A stretch of DNA of 64,000 bases from an uncultured Alphaproteobacteria bacterium (GTDB lineage: Bacteria > Pseudomonadota > Alphaproteobacteria > Rs-D84). The translations under genes were made by a program, and so were the position numbers. Numbering within the stretch: position 1 is the stretch's first letter; each line of letters starts with the position of its first letter. Positions 40,901 to 49,180 of this stretch are shown piece after piece. The stretch covers positions 320,220-384,219 of the forward strand of contig CATLAX010000001.1 in NCBI GenBank assembly GCA_949878575.1, given 5' to 3'. The notes beneath the pieces are model-generated. The model was not told the DNA's origin and ran no database searches. It worked only from the letters and a program-made list of their open reading frames with translations.

Positions 40901-41006
40901 GCCGGTCTGCGCTATAAAACCGCAATCAGAAAAAAGAAAAGGAAGGAAGCAACCTAAAAGGAATAAAAATGGGGTGGCGAATCCTTCAACTAACGAAACC
41001 GTGTAA
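37935..41006 (+). CDS. cas9: Cas9, type II-C, compact (1023 aa)
   Basis: RuvC-I is MRIFGFDLGIASIGWAVV (catalytic Asp). An Arg-rich bridge helix (RREKRRVRRALRRKALR) follows. The HNH region is YEIDHILPYSRSLDNSYTNKVLV...N. RuvC-III is HHAQDAIVVACATQG. Confidence 0.95.
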   Translation: MRIFGFDLGIASIGWAVVDIEKENNNPEVERATVGKIQQSGVRIFSVAENPKDGSSLAAPRREKRRVRRALRRKALRMKEIRALLENSGLGNQNIVVNSDDIDVWALRAEDAFCRKLSPRELSRVLVHMAKHRGYKSMRKSAEENDKETGKVLVSIARNRERMGEYKTMAQMIYKSGCNDAKKYRNGDGVYDNSIPREEIERELDLIFDAQQKYGLFTPELLEQYKKIAFRVRPMQSVGKMVGGCTLEPNCLRAPKEAPTAELFVALTRINNMKIVIDGEVRSVNDEERTAILDLLRKTQTVKYKTLHNKIWKGQDVVFRGVKEETQDFYSMAGWHKLKKILNDADMADMRMLDRIMKVVATQKDEAAIAKELRRKKVPEKYIAKLKELSTSKFINLSLQALYKIVPEMMRGLTYDKACAAVGYDFKTKVSGDVKVDNGCIAEISEWTRVPVVNRTVAQFRKVYNALVRKYGAPDQVNLEVGRELKNNFDDRKKIERQQNENRDKNDKARAEYEGLVGRKATAKEVLKYKLYQDQNCQCMYSGEAIDLAHLDDYEIDHILPYSRSLDNSYTNKVLVKYTENQAKGNKTPYEYLGNTARWDAFVGRVSAIKTALGGRKIANLLNKDFEAKEEDFRERNANDNAYASRHIRQILSIAFPELRVDVRAGALTHYLRGQWGLEKSRTESDRHHAQDAIVVACATQGMVQYLSTISGLFENKRNEKDKPWWNRLKQNIQEPWDGFRADVLRSLDEVFVSRTVRGKATGSAHKDTINSPKTNKGSMILPRGRADKDNMFRMDIFKKDGKYVVVPIFVADTVDKKRQDIFYPQPAKAHNPVAVDDTYEFVMTLHKDDYIKITTADDKIYEGYIVQCNMPVGQFVIRSTDNSAVFSVKTDTFEPDNFIVIDGNLCKVKDYECGKLRAVRMNGVVEEIDAMKKHMRSGEVAKKQIQTVDKYEKRDAQKTINVGTFKNLQKFHIDVLGDRSEVKSEHRAPVCAIKPQSEKRKGRKQPKRNKNGVANPSTNETV

Positions 41007-41874
41007 ACTATCGGTAAAACAAAAACAATTATTTTACGAATCAGATGATACCAAAACAACGATTCCGATAGAGGATTTATCGGTCGTTGTTTTGGAAACC
41101 GGCTTTGTGCAACTAACGGGACATGTCTTGTCAGAATTTGCGGCAAACGATGTTGTGCTGCTGACCTGCGATGCATCGCATTTGCCGGCGGGAACCTTTT
41201 TCCCGTTTCACGATAACTCGCGTTATTCGGAAATGGCGCATATTCAAATTTCGGCCAGCGAACCATTAAAAAAGCGTGTCTGGCAATCGGTTGTGCAGCA
41301 AAAGATTCTGAACCAGTCGGCGGTATTGCATGCATTTGGAACAGAAAACGCATTGTCTGAAATTGCAAAACGCGTACAAAGCGGCGATAGTGATAATCGT
41401 GAGGCCCATGCGGCGCAATTATATTGGCGATTGTTGTTTGGTGATTTTACGCGACGTGATGATGCGAACATTATAAATAAAGCACTAAACTATGGATATG
41501 CCATTGTGCGCGGCTGCGTGGCGCGTAATATTGTTGCGTCCGGATTATTGCCATGTTTTGGTATCCATCATGATAATCAGCTGAATCAATTTAATCTGGT
41601 TGATGACATGATGGAACCGCTGCGCCCGTTTGTGGATTATAGTGTGGCAAAGTTGGACTTGTCCGATTGCTCAGACTTAACACCAGAATTAAAAAATAAA
41701 CTAATATCAGTATTATTATGTAACGCAAATGTGGGGGGTGAAGCAATATCGTTGCTTAAGTGTGCAGAAATGATGTCGGCATCACTGTCCAAGGTATTTA
41801 GACAAAAGGATTGTCGTTTATTGGTGTTGCCGGTGTTTGATAATTCTCTGCTGGATATGGAGGATTTTGACTAA
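40969..41874 (+). CDS. cas1: Cas1 integrase
   Basis: 301 aa. MGWRILQLTKPCKLSVKQKQLFYESDDTKTTIPIEDLSVVVLE is a typical type II Cas1 N-terminus. Its start overlaps the cas9 3' end by 38 nt. Confidence 0.93.
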   Translation: MGWRILQLTKPCKLSVKQKQLFYESDDTKTTIPIEDLSVVVLETGFVQLTGHVLSEFAANDVVLLTCDASHLPAGTFFPFHDNSRYSEMAHIQISASEPLKKRVWQSVVQQKILNQSAVLHAFGTENALSEIAKRVQSGDSDNREAHAAQLYWRLLFGDFTRRDDANIINKALNYGYAIVRGCVARNIVASGLLPCFGIHHDNQLNQFNLVDDMMEPLRPFVDYSVAKLDLSDCSDLTPELKNKLISVLLCNANVGGEAISLLKCAEMMSASLSKVFRQKDCRLLVLPVFDNSLLDMEDFD

Positions 41875-42203
41875 TGGCGCAATATGGGGAACGATTTATG
41901 AGAATGATAGTATTTTTTGATTTACCAACACTGACAAAGCAAGACAGAAAACAAGCGTCCAAATTTCGTAATGCCTTGTTAAAGGATGGGTACTATATGA
42001 TGCAACTGTCTGTTTATTCAAGGATTTGTAAGGGTATGGCACAGGTTGAAAAACATGCCGGACGCCTAAAATGCTTGATTCCGCCCAGTGGAAGTGTTAG
42101 ACTGATGACGGTAACAGAAAAACAGTTCGCTGATATGGAAATATTGGTCGGCGAATCGAAAAAACAAGAAAAAATAGGTGCAAAGCAACTTGTTATGTTT
42201 TAG
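41874..42203 (+). CDS. cas2: Cas2
   Basis: MRMIVFFDLPTLTKQDRKQASKFRNALLKDGYYMMQLSVYSRI. The ATG overlaps the cas1 stop. Confidence 0.9.
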   Translation: MAQYGERFMRMIVFFDLPTLTKQDRKQASKFRNALLKDGYYMMQLSVYSRICKGMAQVEKHAGRLKCLIPPSGSVRLMTVTEKQFADMEILVGESKKQEKIGAKQLVMF

Positions 42204-42227
42204 TTTTTCTTTAAAGAATTACAAAAT

Positions 42228-42256
42228 AACCCGCTATATTCAGCGGGTTGTTTTGT
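42228..42256. terminator. Hairpin terminator between cas2 and the array (usable from either strand)
   Basis: aacccgctatattcagcgggtt + gttttgtt. Confidence 0.55.
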
Positions 42257-42260
42257 TGGT

Positions 42261-42956
42261 ATTATATCAAAACCAATTTGGAAAGCAATCTACAACCGTA
42301 TCGTCTTGTTTGGGAACATTGGAAAGATTATATCAAAACCAATTTGGAAAGCAATCTACAACTATGCCTCGTTCTCAATATCGTGACTTTATATTATATC
42401 AAAACCAATTTGGAAAGCAATCTACAACCACATTCATCGTCAAATACGCCAAGACGGTATTATATCAAAACCAATTTGGAAAGCAATCTACAACCGTAAA
42501 TTGTTTGGTACGCGCTTGTTATCTATTATATCAAAACCAATTTGGAAAGCAATCTACAACGTGAAGACCTCTTTTATGACTTTAAACAGTATTATATCAA
42601 AACCAATTTGGAAAGCAATCTACAACAAGAGTGTTGGCGTGAAATTCAGTTGCCTTATTATATCAAAACCAATTTGGAAAGCAATCTACAACGACCGATT
42701 TGACTGGTGGCATCCGGAATTTATTATATCAAAACCAATTTGGAAAGCAATCTACAACCTACCCGATATTCTTAAATGATGACCATCTATTATATCAAAA
42801 CCAATTTGGAAAGCAATCTACAACATTGATTGGCATAAATGCCGTTGCTCGTAAATTATATCAAAACCGATTTGGAAAGCAATCTACAACCGCTTGTTGG
42901 GGCTGTATGTTTCCTGCAATATTATATCAAAACCAATTAGAAAAACAATCTATAGA
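42261..42956 (-). CRISPR. CRISPR array: 11 x 36-bp repeats, 10 x 30-bp unique spacers. It is transcribed on the minus strand.
   Basis: Repeat (plus strand) ATTATATCAAAACCAATTTGGAAAGCAATCTACAAC with an exact 66-bp period from 42261. Repeat 10 has one SNP (CCGATTT). Terminal repeat 11 (42921..42956) is degenerate. The reverse complement GTTGTAGATTGC...TTTTGATATAAT matches the II-C repeat style and carries an extended -10. Confidence 0.95.
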
Positions 42957-43198
42957 GTTGTGGGTTATTATTAAGAGCTATTTTATTGTATAAAAAAATC
43001 GGTTCGGAGTTTGCCGAACCGATTCATCGCCTTCTCATCTCATTTATAATATTACATAATTTTTATGTCTTTTCCAGTATTATTTTTTTTGCCAGTGCTG
43101 TGAAAACAGTTGTTTTATAGTTAAAATTTGTAATAATTATGAAACGATAATAATCCCATATGATTTTTGCCGCCCGGGGCGGTAAAATTATGTAAAAC

Positions 43199-44035
43199 TT
43201 GTCGGAGAGAGAAATGCCAAAAAAGAAAAAACAGACAAATAATGAAATTCCGTCCGCGGTGCCGGCGGATACTGTTGCAAGTGATGCGGCGCGAAAAAAA
43301 CGTCGCCGCATGGCGTACATTGTCGGCATTGTGGCGGCATTATGCGTTGGGGCTGTTGTGTTAAAGCATGTTTTGACATCCGGACCGTTTATGTATGCCG
43401 GAACACTGGAAACCACAAAGGTGACACTGGCGGCGCGTGTTTCGTCCGATATATCCAATGTTTTTGTGTCAGAGGGCGATTACGTTCTGCGCGGCCAGCC
43501 TCTGATGGAGCTTAGCTGTGACACATATAAGATTTTGGCGACACAGATAGATAATGATTATGGCCGCGCCCAGGCGCTGTCTCAGCGCGGGCACATGTCC
43601 CAGGCGGAGTTTGATGTTTTGACCCGCAACAAGCAGGACAATGATTTGAAATTGCAGTGGTGTAATGTAACGGCGCCGATTGACGGCATAATCACCACAA
43701 AGTTTCGTGAGCCTGGCGAGATTGTGGCGCCTGGAACCGCGTTGATATCGCTGGCGAATCCATATGAAATATGGGCGTATTTTTATGTGCCGTATACAAT
43801 GCTGCACAAATTGCGCGTTGGTCAGCAGGTTACGGGAATCCTGCCGGAGGCGGATAACAAAAAATTTCAGGGAAAAATAATCAAAATCAGTGAAGAGGCG
43901 GAGTTTACACCCAAAAACGTGCAAACTCGCGAGGAAAGGACCCGCCTGGTCTATGGTGTAAAGGTTCAGTTTGAAAATTCTGATCTTAGTTTGAAATCCG
44001 GAATGACGATTGAAAGTGCGCTGGTTGATGAATAA
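43199..44035 (+). CDS. HlyD-family periplasmic adaptor (membrane fusion protein)
   Basis: N-terminal TM helix, coiled-coil and beta-barrel/lipoyl-like segments. It is the first gene of the exporter operon. Confidence 0.8.
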   Translation: MSEREMPKKKKQTNNEIPSAVPADTVASDAARKKRRRMAYIVGIVAALCVGAVVLKHVLTSGPFMYAGTLETTKVTLAARVSSDISNVFVSEGDYVLRGQPLMELSCDTYKILATQIDNDYGRAQALSQRGHMSQAEFDVLTRNKQDNDLKLQWCNVTAPIDGIITTKFREPGEIVAPGTALISLANPYEIWAYFYVPYTMLHKLRVGQQVTGILPEADNKKFQGKIIKISEEAEFTPKNVQTREERTRLVYGVKVQFENSDLSLKSGMTIESALVDE

Positions 44036-44756
44036 GGTTGAAATCAATATTTCAAATATATCAAAGCAGTTCCGGGATGTGGCCGCCCTGGACAATGTTT
44101 CAATGCATTTTGAAACAGGCAAACTGTACGGCATAATAGGTCCGGCCGGCGCGGGTAAAACCACCTTGTTTAGAATTATGCTGCAACTGATGCGCGCGGG
44201 GGCTGGAACTGTTGAATACCTGGCCGACGGGCGTGCGGTAAAGTTTTCTGATTTCAGCGAACATATAGCCTATATGCCGCAGAGTCAAAGTCTGTATGCT
44301 GATTTGTCCATAGACGAGCATCTGGATTTTTTTAAAAAACTGTACGGAATAGATGACGATGAGTATCGCAAGCGTAAGCAGGAGCTGATTCAGTTGGCGC
44401 GTTTGGATAAATTTTTAGATCGTACGGCGGGTCATTTGTCCGGCGGCATGTATAAAAAACTGGGGCTGATGTGCGCGTTGCTGCGGTCGCCAAAGGTAAT
44501 GTTACTGGACGAGCCTACAAACGGTGTTGATCCCATTAGCCGCCGCGAATTTTGGAGTCTTTTGCACGAATCTCTGGGGCGGGGGATTTTGGTGATAATG
44601 ACCACCGCGTATATGGACGAGGCCGAACGCTGCAGCGAAGTGGTGCTGATGGAGGGGGGGCGCGTTCTGGGAACGGGCGAACCACGAGAGCTGCTGGCGC
44701 GGCACGGGTGCGCGAATTTTGATGAGTTCTTTTTAAAGCGCGGGGGTGAAAAATGA
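44025..44756 (+). CDS. ABC transporter ATP-binding protein (first of a split pair)
   Basis: Walker A GPAGAGKTT, signature LSGGMYKK and Walker B LLDEP. Confidence 0.85.
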   Translation: MMNKVEINISNISKQFRDVAALDNVSMHFETGKLYGIIGPAGAGKTTLFRIMLQLMRAGAGTVEYLADGRAVKFSDFSEHIAYMPQSQSLYADLSIDEHLDFFKKLYGIDDDEYRKRKQELIQLARLDKFLDRTAGHLSGGMYKKLGLMCALLRSPKVMLLDEPTNGVDPISRREFWSLLHESLGRGILVIMTTAYMDEAERCSEVVLMEGGRVLGTGEPRELLARHGCANFDEFFLKRGGEK

Positions 44757-45664
44757 CCGCGGCTATTGTTGACGTTCAGGATTTATCTGTTATATTCGGG
44801 GATTTTTACGCCGTGCGTGACGTCACCTTTCGTGTGGCGCCGGGTGAAATATTTGGATTCCTGGGGGCGAACGGGGCGGGAAAGACGACCACAATACGCG
44901 TGTTGTGCGGCCTGTTGCCGGGCAGTCGCGGGCGCGTTGTCATAGACGGCGAAGAATTTGTCCGTGGGCGCGAAAACATAATAAAGCAAAAGGTCGGATA
45001 CATGTCGCAGCGGTTTACGCTGTATGACGGGTTGTCGGTAAAAGAGAATTTTGATTTTGCCGCGTCACTGCGCGGATTGACGCGTGATGAATATTTGGCG
45101 TCCCGGGAAAGACTGCTGGAATTTATAGGCTTTGATAAAAATTTAAATACTGTGGTAAAAAATCTGCCCGGCGGAATAAAACAGGAGGTGGCGCTGTGCG
45201 TGGCGCTGCTGCATAATCCGAAAATCGTTTTTTTGGACGAGCCGACGGCCGGTGTCGCACCTGTGGCGCGCGATCGTTTCTGGAAACTTATAAAAGATTT
45301 GGCCGCCGCCGGCAAAACGGTTTTTGTCACAACCCATTACATGGACGAGGCGGAAAACTGCAACCGCATTGCGCTGATGCGGGCCGGAGAGCTGATTGCG
45401 GTGGATTCGCCCGCAAATTTGAAGCGCCGCACGTTTGGCGACGGCCTGTATAACTTTACCCCGCGGCGTTCGGGCGTGGTGCTGCGCATGGGGGGCGATA
45501 TGGAGATTTGTGAACCGTACGGTCTGCACTGGCATGTAAAATTCAGAAACGGTGTTGACGCCGCCGCGGCCGTAAAAAAATACAGAAATGATTTTGAAAT
45601 AGAAAAAATTCCGCCGTCGCTGGAAGATGTCTTTATCCGTCTGGTGGAGGGACAAAATAGATGA
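44753..45664 (+). CDS. ABC transporter ATP-binding protein (second of a split pair)
   Basis: Walker A GANGAGKTT, signature LPGGIKQE and Walker B FLDEP. Confidence 0.85.
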   Translation: MTAAIVDVQDLSVIFGDFYAVRDVTFRVAPGEIFGFLGANGAGKTTTIRVLCGLLPGSRGRVVIDGEEFVRGRENIIKQKVGYMSQRFTLYDGLSVKENFDFAASLRGLTRDEYLASRERLLEFIGFDKNLNTVVKNLPGGIKQEVALCVALLHNPKIVFLDEPTAGVAPVARDRFWKLIKDLAAAGKTVFVTTHYMDEAENCNRIALMRAGELIAVDSPANLKRRTFGDGLYNFTPRRSGVVLRMGGDMEICEPYGLHWHVKFRNGVDAAAAVKKYRNDFEIEKIPPSLEDVFIRLVEGQNR

Positions 45665-46785
45665 AAATGTTTTCCATGCGCCGAATGGGGGCCATATTTT
45701 CCAAAGAGTTCAAACATATATTCCGTGATCCGTTTACGTTGCTGATGGCGCTGATGCTGCCGCTGGCGATTGTGCTGATACTGGGCAATTCCATTGAGTT
45801 TAATGTACGGTCAATCAATATGGCGTATCATGACGCCGACAGGACGGAAAGTTCGCGCAAGCTGATAGAGACTTTTGCCAGTTCCAATTATTTCCGCCCG
45901 TATGAGATTGAAAATCCGGACGGCGGTTTTTCCGATATTGTGGACGAGCGGGCGCGGGTCATGGTTTCTGTTTCGCCGGATTTTGAGAAAGATGTAAAAG
46001 GCGGCGGCACGGGCAGGGTGCAGGTTTTGATGGATGGCGCGGATAATTCGTCCGTTATGGCAGTCATGAATTATCTGACAACAATCAACCGGATGGCTTA
46101 TTTCAAAATCATGGATATGCCGCGCAGTGTGGCGTCGCCCCAGATGTCTTTTAAAACGCGGTATCTGTTTAATCCGGAATTAAATTCCCGCTGGTTTTCG
46201 GTGCCGGGGTTGTCCGCGGTTATAATTGCGCTGGTGGCGATTATGCTGACCACGCTGACCATATGCCGCGAATGGGAGCGCGGATCAATGGAAATGCTGT
46301 TGTCAACGCCGGCGACATCGCTGGAAATTATTTTGGGCAAGGTTTTGCCGTATGCGATTTTAAGTTTTGTCGGGTTCGTGTTGGTGTTCATAGTGGCGCG
46401 TGTCGTGTTTGGCGTCCCGTTTGTCGGCAGTTATGCGACACTGATACTGGGGACGCTGCTGTTTATTCTGGGCTATCTGGCGATAGGGCTGTTTATTTCC
46501 ATTTCCACGCACAAGCAAGAGGTTGCGATTCAGTTTGCCTGTATAATAGGCTTGCTGCCGACGGTGGTGCTGTCGGGGTTTGTGTTTCCAGTGGAATACA
46601 TGAGCCGTGGTTATCAGGTGTTTTCATCGCTGTTTCCCGCGCGTTTTTACATGGACATAACACGCGACCAGTTTTTAAAAGGCAGTTCGCTGATAGATTT
46701 GTGGGTGCCGTTCGCGTTGCTGGGGCTGCAGGCGGTTGTGCTGATGGTGGCGTGTATCGCGCATTTTAAAAGGACGCTGGAATGA
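45661..46785 (+). CDS. ABC-2 family permease
   Basis: 374-aa polytopic membrane protein with an N-terminal periplasmic loop. Overlapping start/stop codons link the five genes 43199..47873; tolC follows after a 16-nt gap. Confidence 0.8.
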   Translation: MKMFSMRRMGAIFSKEFKHIFRDPFTLLMALMLPLAIVLILGNSIEFNVRSINMAYHDADRTESSRKLIETFASSNYFRPYEIENPDGGFSDIVDERARVMVSVSPDFEKDVKGGGTGRVQVLMDGADNSSVMAVMNYLTTINRMAYFKIMDMPRSVASPQMSFKTRYLFNPELNSRWFSVPGLSAVIIALVAIMLTTLTICREWERGSMEMLLSTPATSLEIILGKVLPYAILSFVGFVLVFIVARVVFGVPFVGSYATLILGTLLFILGYLAIGLFISISTHKQEVAIQFACIIGLLPTVVLSGFVFPVEYMSRGYQVFSSLFPARFYMDITRDQFLKGSSLIDLWVPFALLGLQAVVLMVACIAHFKRTLE

Positions 46786-47873
46786 ACAAACTGATAGGCT
46801 TTTTTAAGAAAGAATTAATCGGTCTGTTGCGCGATCCGGTGCTGCTGGTGGCGGTTATGGTTATGCCGGCGGTGCAGCTGGTGGTGCTTAGCGGGGCCAT
46901 CACGCTGGAGGCAAAAAATCTGCGTCTGGCGGTGGATACCGGCGCCCATGACATGATGATGGAAAAAATTTACAATCACGCCATTGGATCCGGATGGTTC
47001 GTGCGCGCCCCGGATACGGATAAGGATCCGGTGGCCGCGGTGCAAAGCGGCCGCGCCGATGTGGCGATTGTTGCGCCAGAGGGCGGCCTGACGCGCGCGG
47101 TGGGACGCGGCGAAGGAGAAATTCAGGTTTTAATAGATTCCATGAATATTTTAAAGGCGCAAAGTATAGAGGCTTATTTGCAGGGGGTGACGGCGCGTGC
47201 GGCGGCCGACATGAATTATTCCATTGGCGCGTCGCCCATAGAATTCAACGTGCGCATTCTGTTTAACCCGCAGTTGAATACAAAATGGTTCATGGTGCCG
47301 TCGTTGATTGCCGTGCTGGTGTTTATAGCGTTGCTGGTGCTGATAACCATATCCATTGCAAAGGAAAAGGAAACCGGCACGATAGAAACACTAATATCGG
47401 CGCCGGTGTCAAAGTATGACATAATAATCGGCAAAGTTGTTCCGTACATACTTGTCTCGTTTTTAATAATGCTGTCCATTCTGGTCATCGGCCTGATTGT
47501 GTTCGGAATACCGTTTGTGGGGTCCGGGCTGATGTTTCTGCTGGGTTTTCTGGCGTTCTGTGTGCCGGGTGCCGCCATTGCGGTATTGTTGGCCAATTAT
47601 ACGCACAATCAGCAGCAGGCGCTGCTGGGTATCGTTATTGTGGCGTTTTTGTCGCTGATGCTGTCGGGGGCGCTGATTCCGACGGAAAACATGCCGACAC
47701 TGCTGCAGTATGTCAGTTATATAAATCCGCTTAGCCATTATTCGTACATGGTGCGCAGCATAATATTAAAAGGACCTGACTGGTCGTATTTTGCTGCGCA
47801 TGCGTTTGTTATGATTCTGGTCGGGGGGCTGATATGGGTTATCGCTGTTAAAAAGTTTAAAACCACGCTATAA
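46782..47873 (+). CDS. ABC-2 family permease
   Basis: 363 aa and paralogous to the preceding permease. Confidence 0.8.
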   Translation: MNKLIGFFKKELIGLLRDPVLLVAVMVMPAVQLVVLSGAITLEAKNLRLAVDTGAHDMMMEKIYNHAIGSGWFVRAPDTDKDPVAAVQSGRADVAIVAPEGGLTRAVGRGEGEIQVLIDSMNILKAQSIEAYLQGVTARAAADMNYSIGASPIEFNVRILFNPQLNTKWFMVPSLIAVLVFIALLVLITISIAKEKETGTIETLISAPVSKYDIIIGKVVPYILVSFLIMLSILVIGLIVFGIPFVGSGLMFLLGFLAFCVPGAAIAVLLANYTHNQQQALLGIVIVAFLSLMLSGALIPTENMPTLLQYVSYINPLSHYSYMVRSIILKGPDWSYFAAHAFVMILVGGLIWVIAVKKFKTTL

Positions 47874-47889
47874 TAAGAAGGAAGGAACG

Positions 47890-49170
47890 ATGAAAAACAG
47901 TATTTATTTTTGTTGGGTTTGTATTCTGGCCTCTTTGCCGGCGCGTGCGGATATGTATTCCGCCCTGCAGGGGGTGTATGACAGCAATCCCGTGATAGAG
48001 CAGGCGCGCAGCGCCGTCGGCATCGCGAACAGCGAACTGGCCGCCGCGCGCACGGAAACAAAGCCGTATCTGGGCGTTTCGGCGAATGCCGGACTGGCCC
48101 GGACCAAGGTTTTTGACCAGACGTTTGACACCACGCCGACAGAGGTTGGCGCCACTTTTCAACAAAACGTCTTTCAGGGTTTTTCCACCATGGCAAAGAT
48201 AAAGGGGGCCAAAGGCGGCGTCGCCGCCAGCCAGGCCGCACTGTACGCCACGCAGCAGGATGTTTTTCTGGATGCGATAAACGCGTATATAAACGTGTTG
48301 AACGCACAGGAGGTTTTAAATCTAAAGAAAAACAATCAGCGCGTCTTACAGGAATACTATGATTTGTGCCGCCAAAAGCAGGAAGTTGGTGTTTTGACTG
48401 CAACCGATGTGGCCCAGGCATCCGCCCGCCTGGAAGGCGCGAAGTATCAGACCATAGACGCCGATGCGGAATATCAGAACGCACAGGAAACCTTTCGGCG
48501 CATATACGGACGGACAGAGGAAAAATATTCCGATATCAGCCTAAAGCGCATGCAGCATTTGTTCCCGGATTCTGTGGAAGAGGCCGAAGAGTATGCGATA
48601 AAAAACCATCCGGCGCTGATTGCTCTTAACGCCCAAGAGGCCGCCGCGCGCGAAAATATAACCGTGGCGCGCAAATCCCGCCTGCCGTCGGTTGACATCA
48701 AGGCGTCCGCCATGCAGATAAACGATATTCCCGTTGCGGACAAACTGCGTGACGGCCGGGTCGGTATATATTTAAGCATGCCTTTGTACGACAAGGGGAA
48801 CGCATCCGCAAATGTTGAAAAAGTGCGGCACACCGTTGCCGGCATACAGGACAAGACAGTTGATACGCGTCGCATGATTGTTGAGCATCTGCGCCAGGCG
48901 TGGAACATGTACGAGGCCCAGGATTCCGCAATCAGCGCCGCCCAGGCCGGTGTCCGTGCCAGCCAGCTGGCGCTGGACGGAACGCGTGAAGAGCAGGCGC
49001 GCGGCCGCCGTACAGTTTTGGACGTTCTGAATGCCGAACAGGAACTGTTGAATTCCAAAGTGTCGCTGGCGCATGCGCGTCACGGCAAGGTGGCCGCATA
49101 TTTTGCCGTTTTGGCCGCAACCGGAAAACTAAGTGCGGAAAATCTGGGAATTAAAATAGAAGAAAAATAG
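47890..49170 (+). CDS. TolC-family outer-membrane efflux protein
   Basis: Signal peptide and two TolC-type repeats in a 426-aa protein. Confidence 0.8.
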   Translation: MKNSIYFCWVCILASLPARADMYSALQGVYDSNPVIEQARSAVGIANSELAAARTETKPYLGVSANAGLARTKVFDQTFDTTPTEVGATFQQNVFQGFSTMAKIKGAKGGVAASQAALYATQQDVFLDAINAYINVLNAQEVLNLKKNNQRVLQEYYDLCRQKQEVGVLTATDVAQASARLEGAKYQTIDADAEYQNAQETFRRIYGRTEEKYSDISLKRMQHLFPDSVEEAEEYAIKNHPALIALNAQEAAARENITVARKSRLPSVDIKASAMQINDIPVADKLRDGRVGIYLSMPLYDKGNASANVEKVRHTVAGIQDKTVDTRRMIVEHLRQAWNMYEAQDSAISAAQAGVRASQLALDGTREEQARGRRTVLDVLNAEQELLNSKVSLAHARHGKVAAYFAVLAATGKLSAENLGIKIEEK

Positions 49171-49180
49171 GTGTTGGCTT

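Noticed and set aside
42178-42993. Four ORFs of 83-128 aa (42178..42564, 42248..42499, 42501..42779, 42700..42993) with internally repeated peptide motifs
   Set aside because: They are translations of the CRISPR array. The repeated motifs (YQNQFGKQSTT / IISKPIWKAIYN) are just the 36-bp repeat read in different frames.
37935-43000. Searched the locus for csn2, cas4 or additional cas genes that would indicate subtype II-A or II-B
   Set aside because: Only cas9, cas1 and cas2 are present between the tracrRNA and the array, and the next genes are an unrelated efflux operon. Hence subtype II-C.
43063-43458. 131-aa minus-strand ORF upstream of and overlapping the HlyD start
   Set aside because: It overlaps the well-supported adaptor gene start in antisense and lies in AT-rich intergenic DNA. 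There is no RBS or domain signal.
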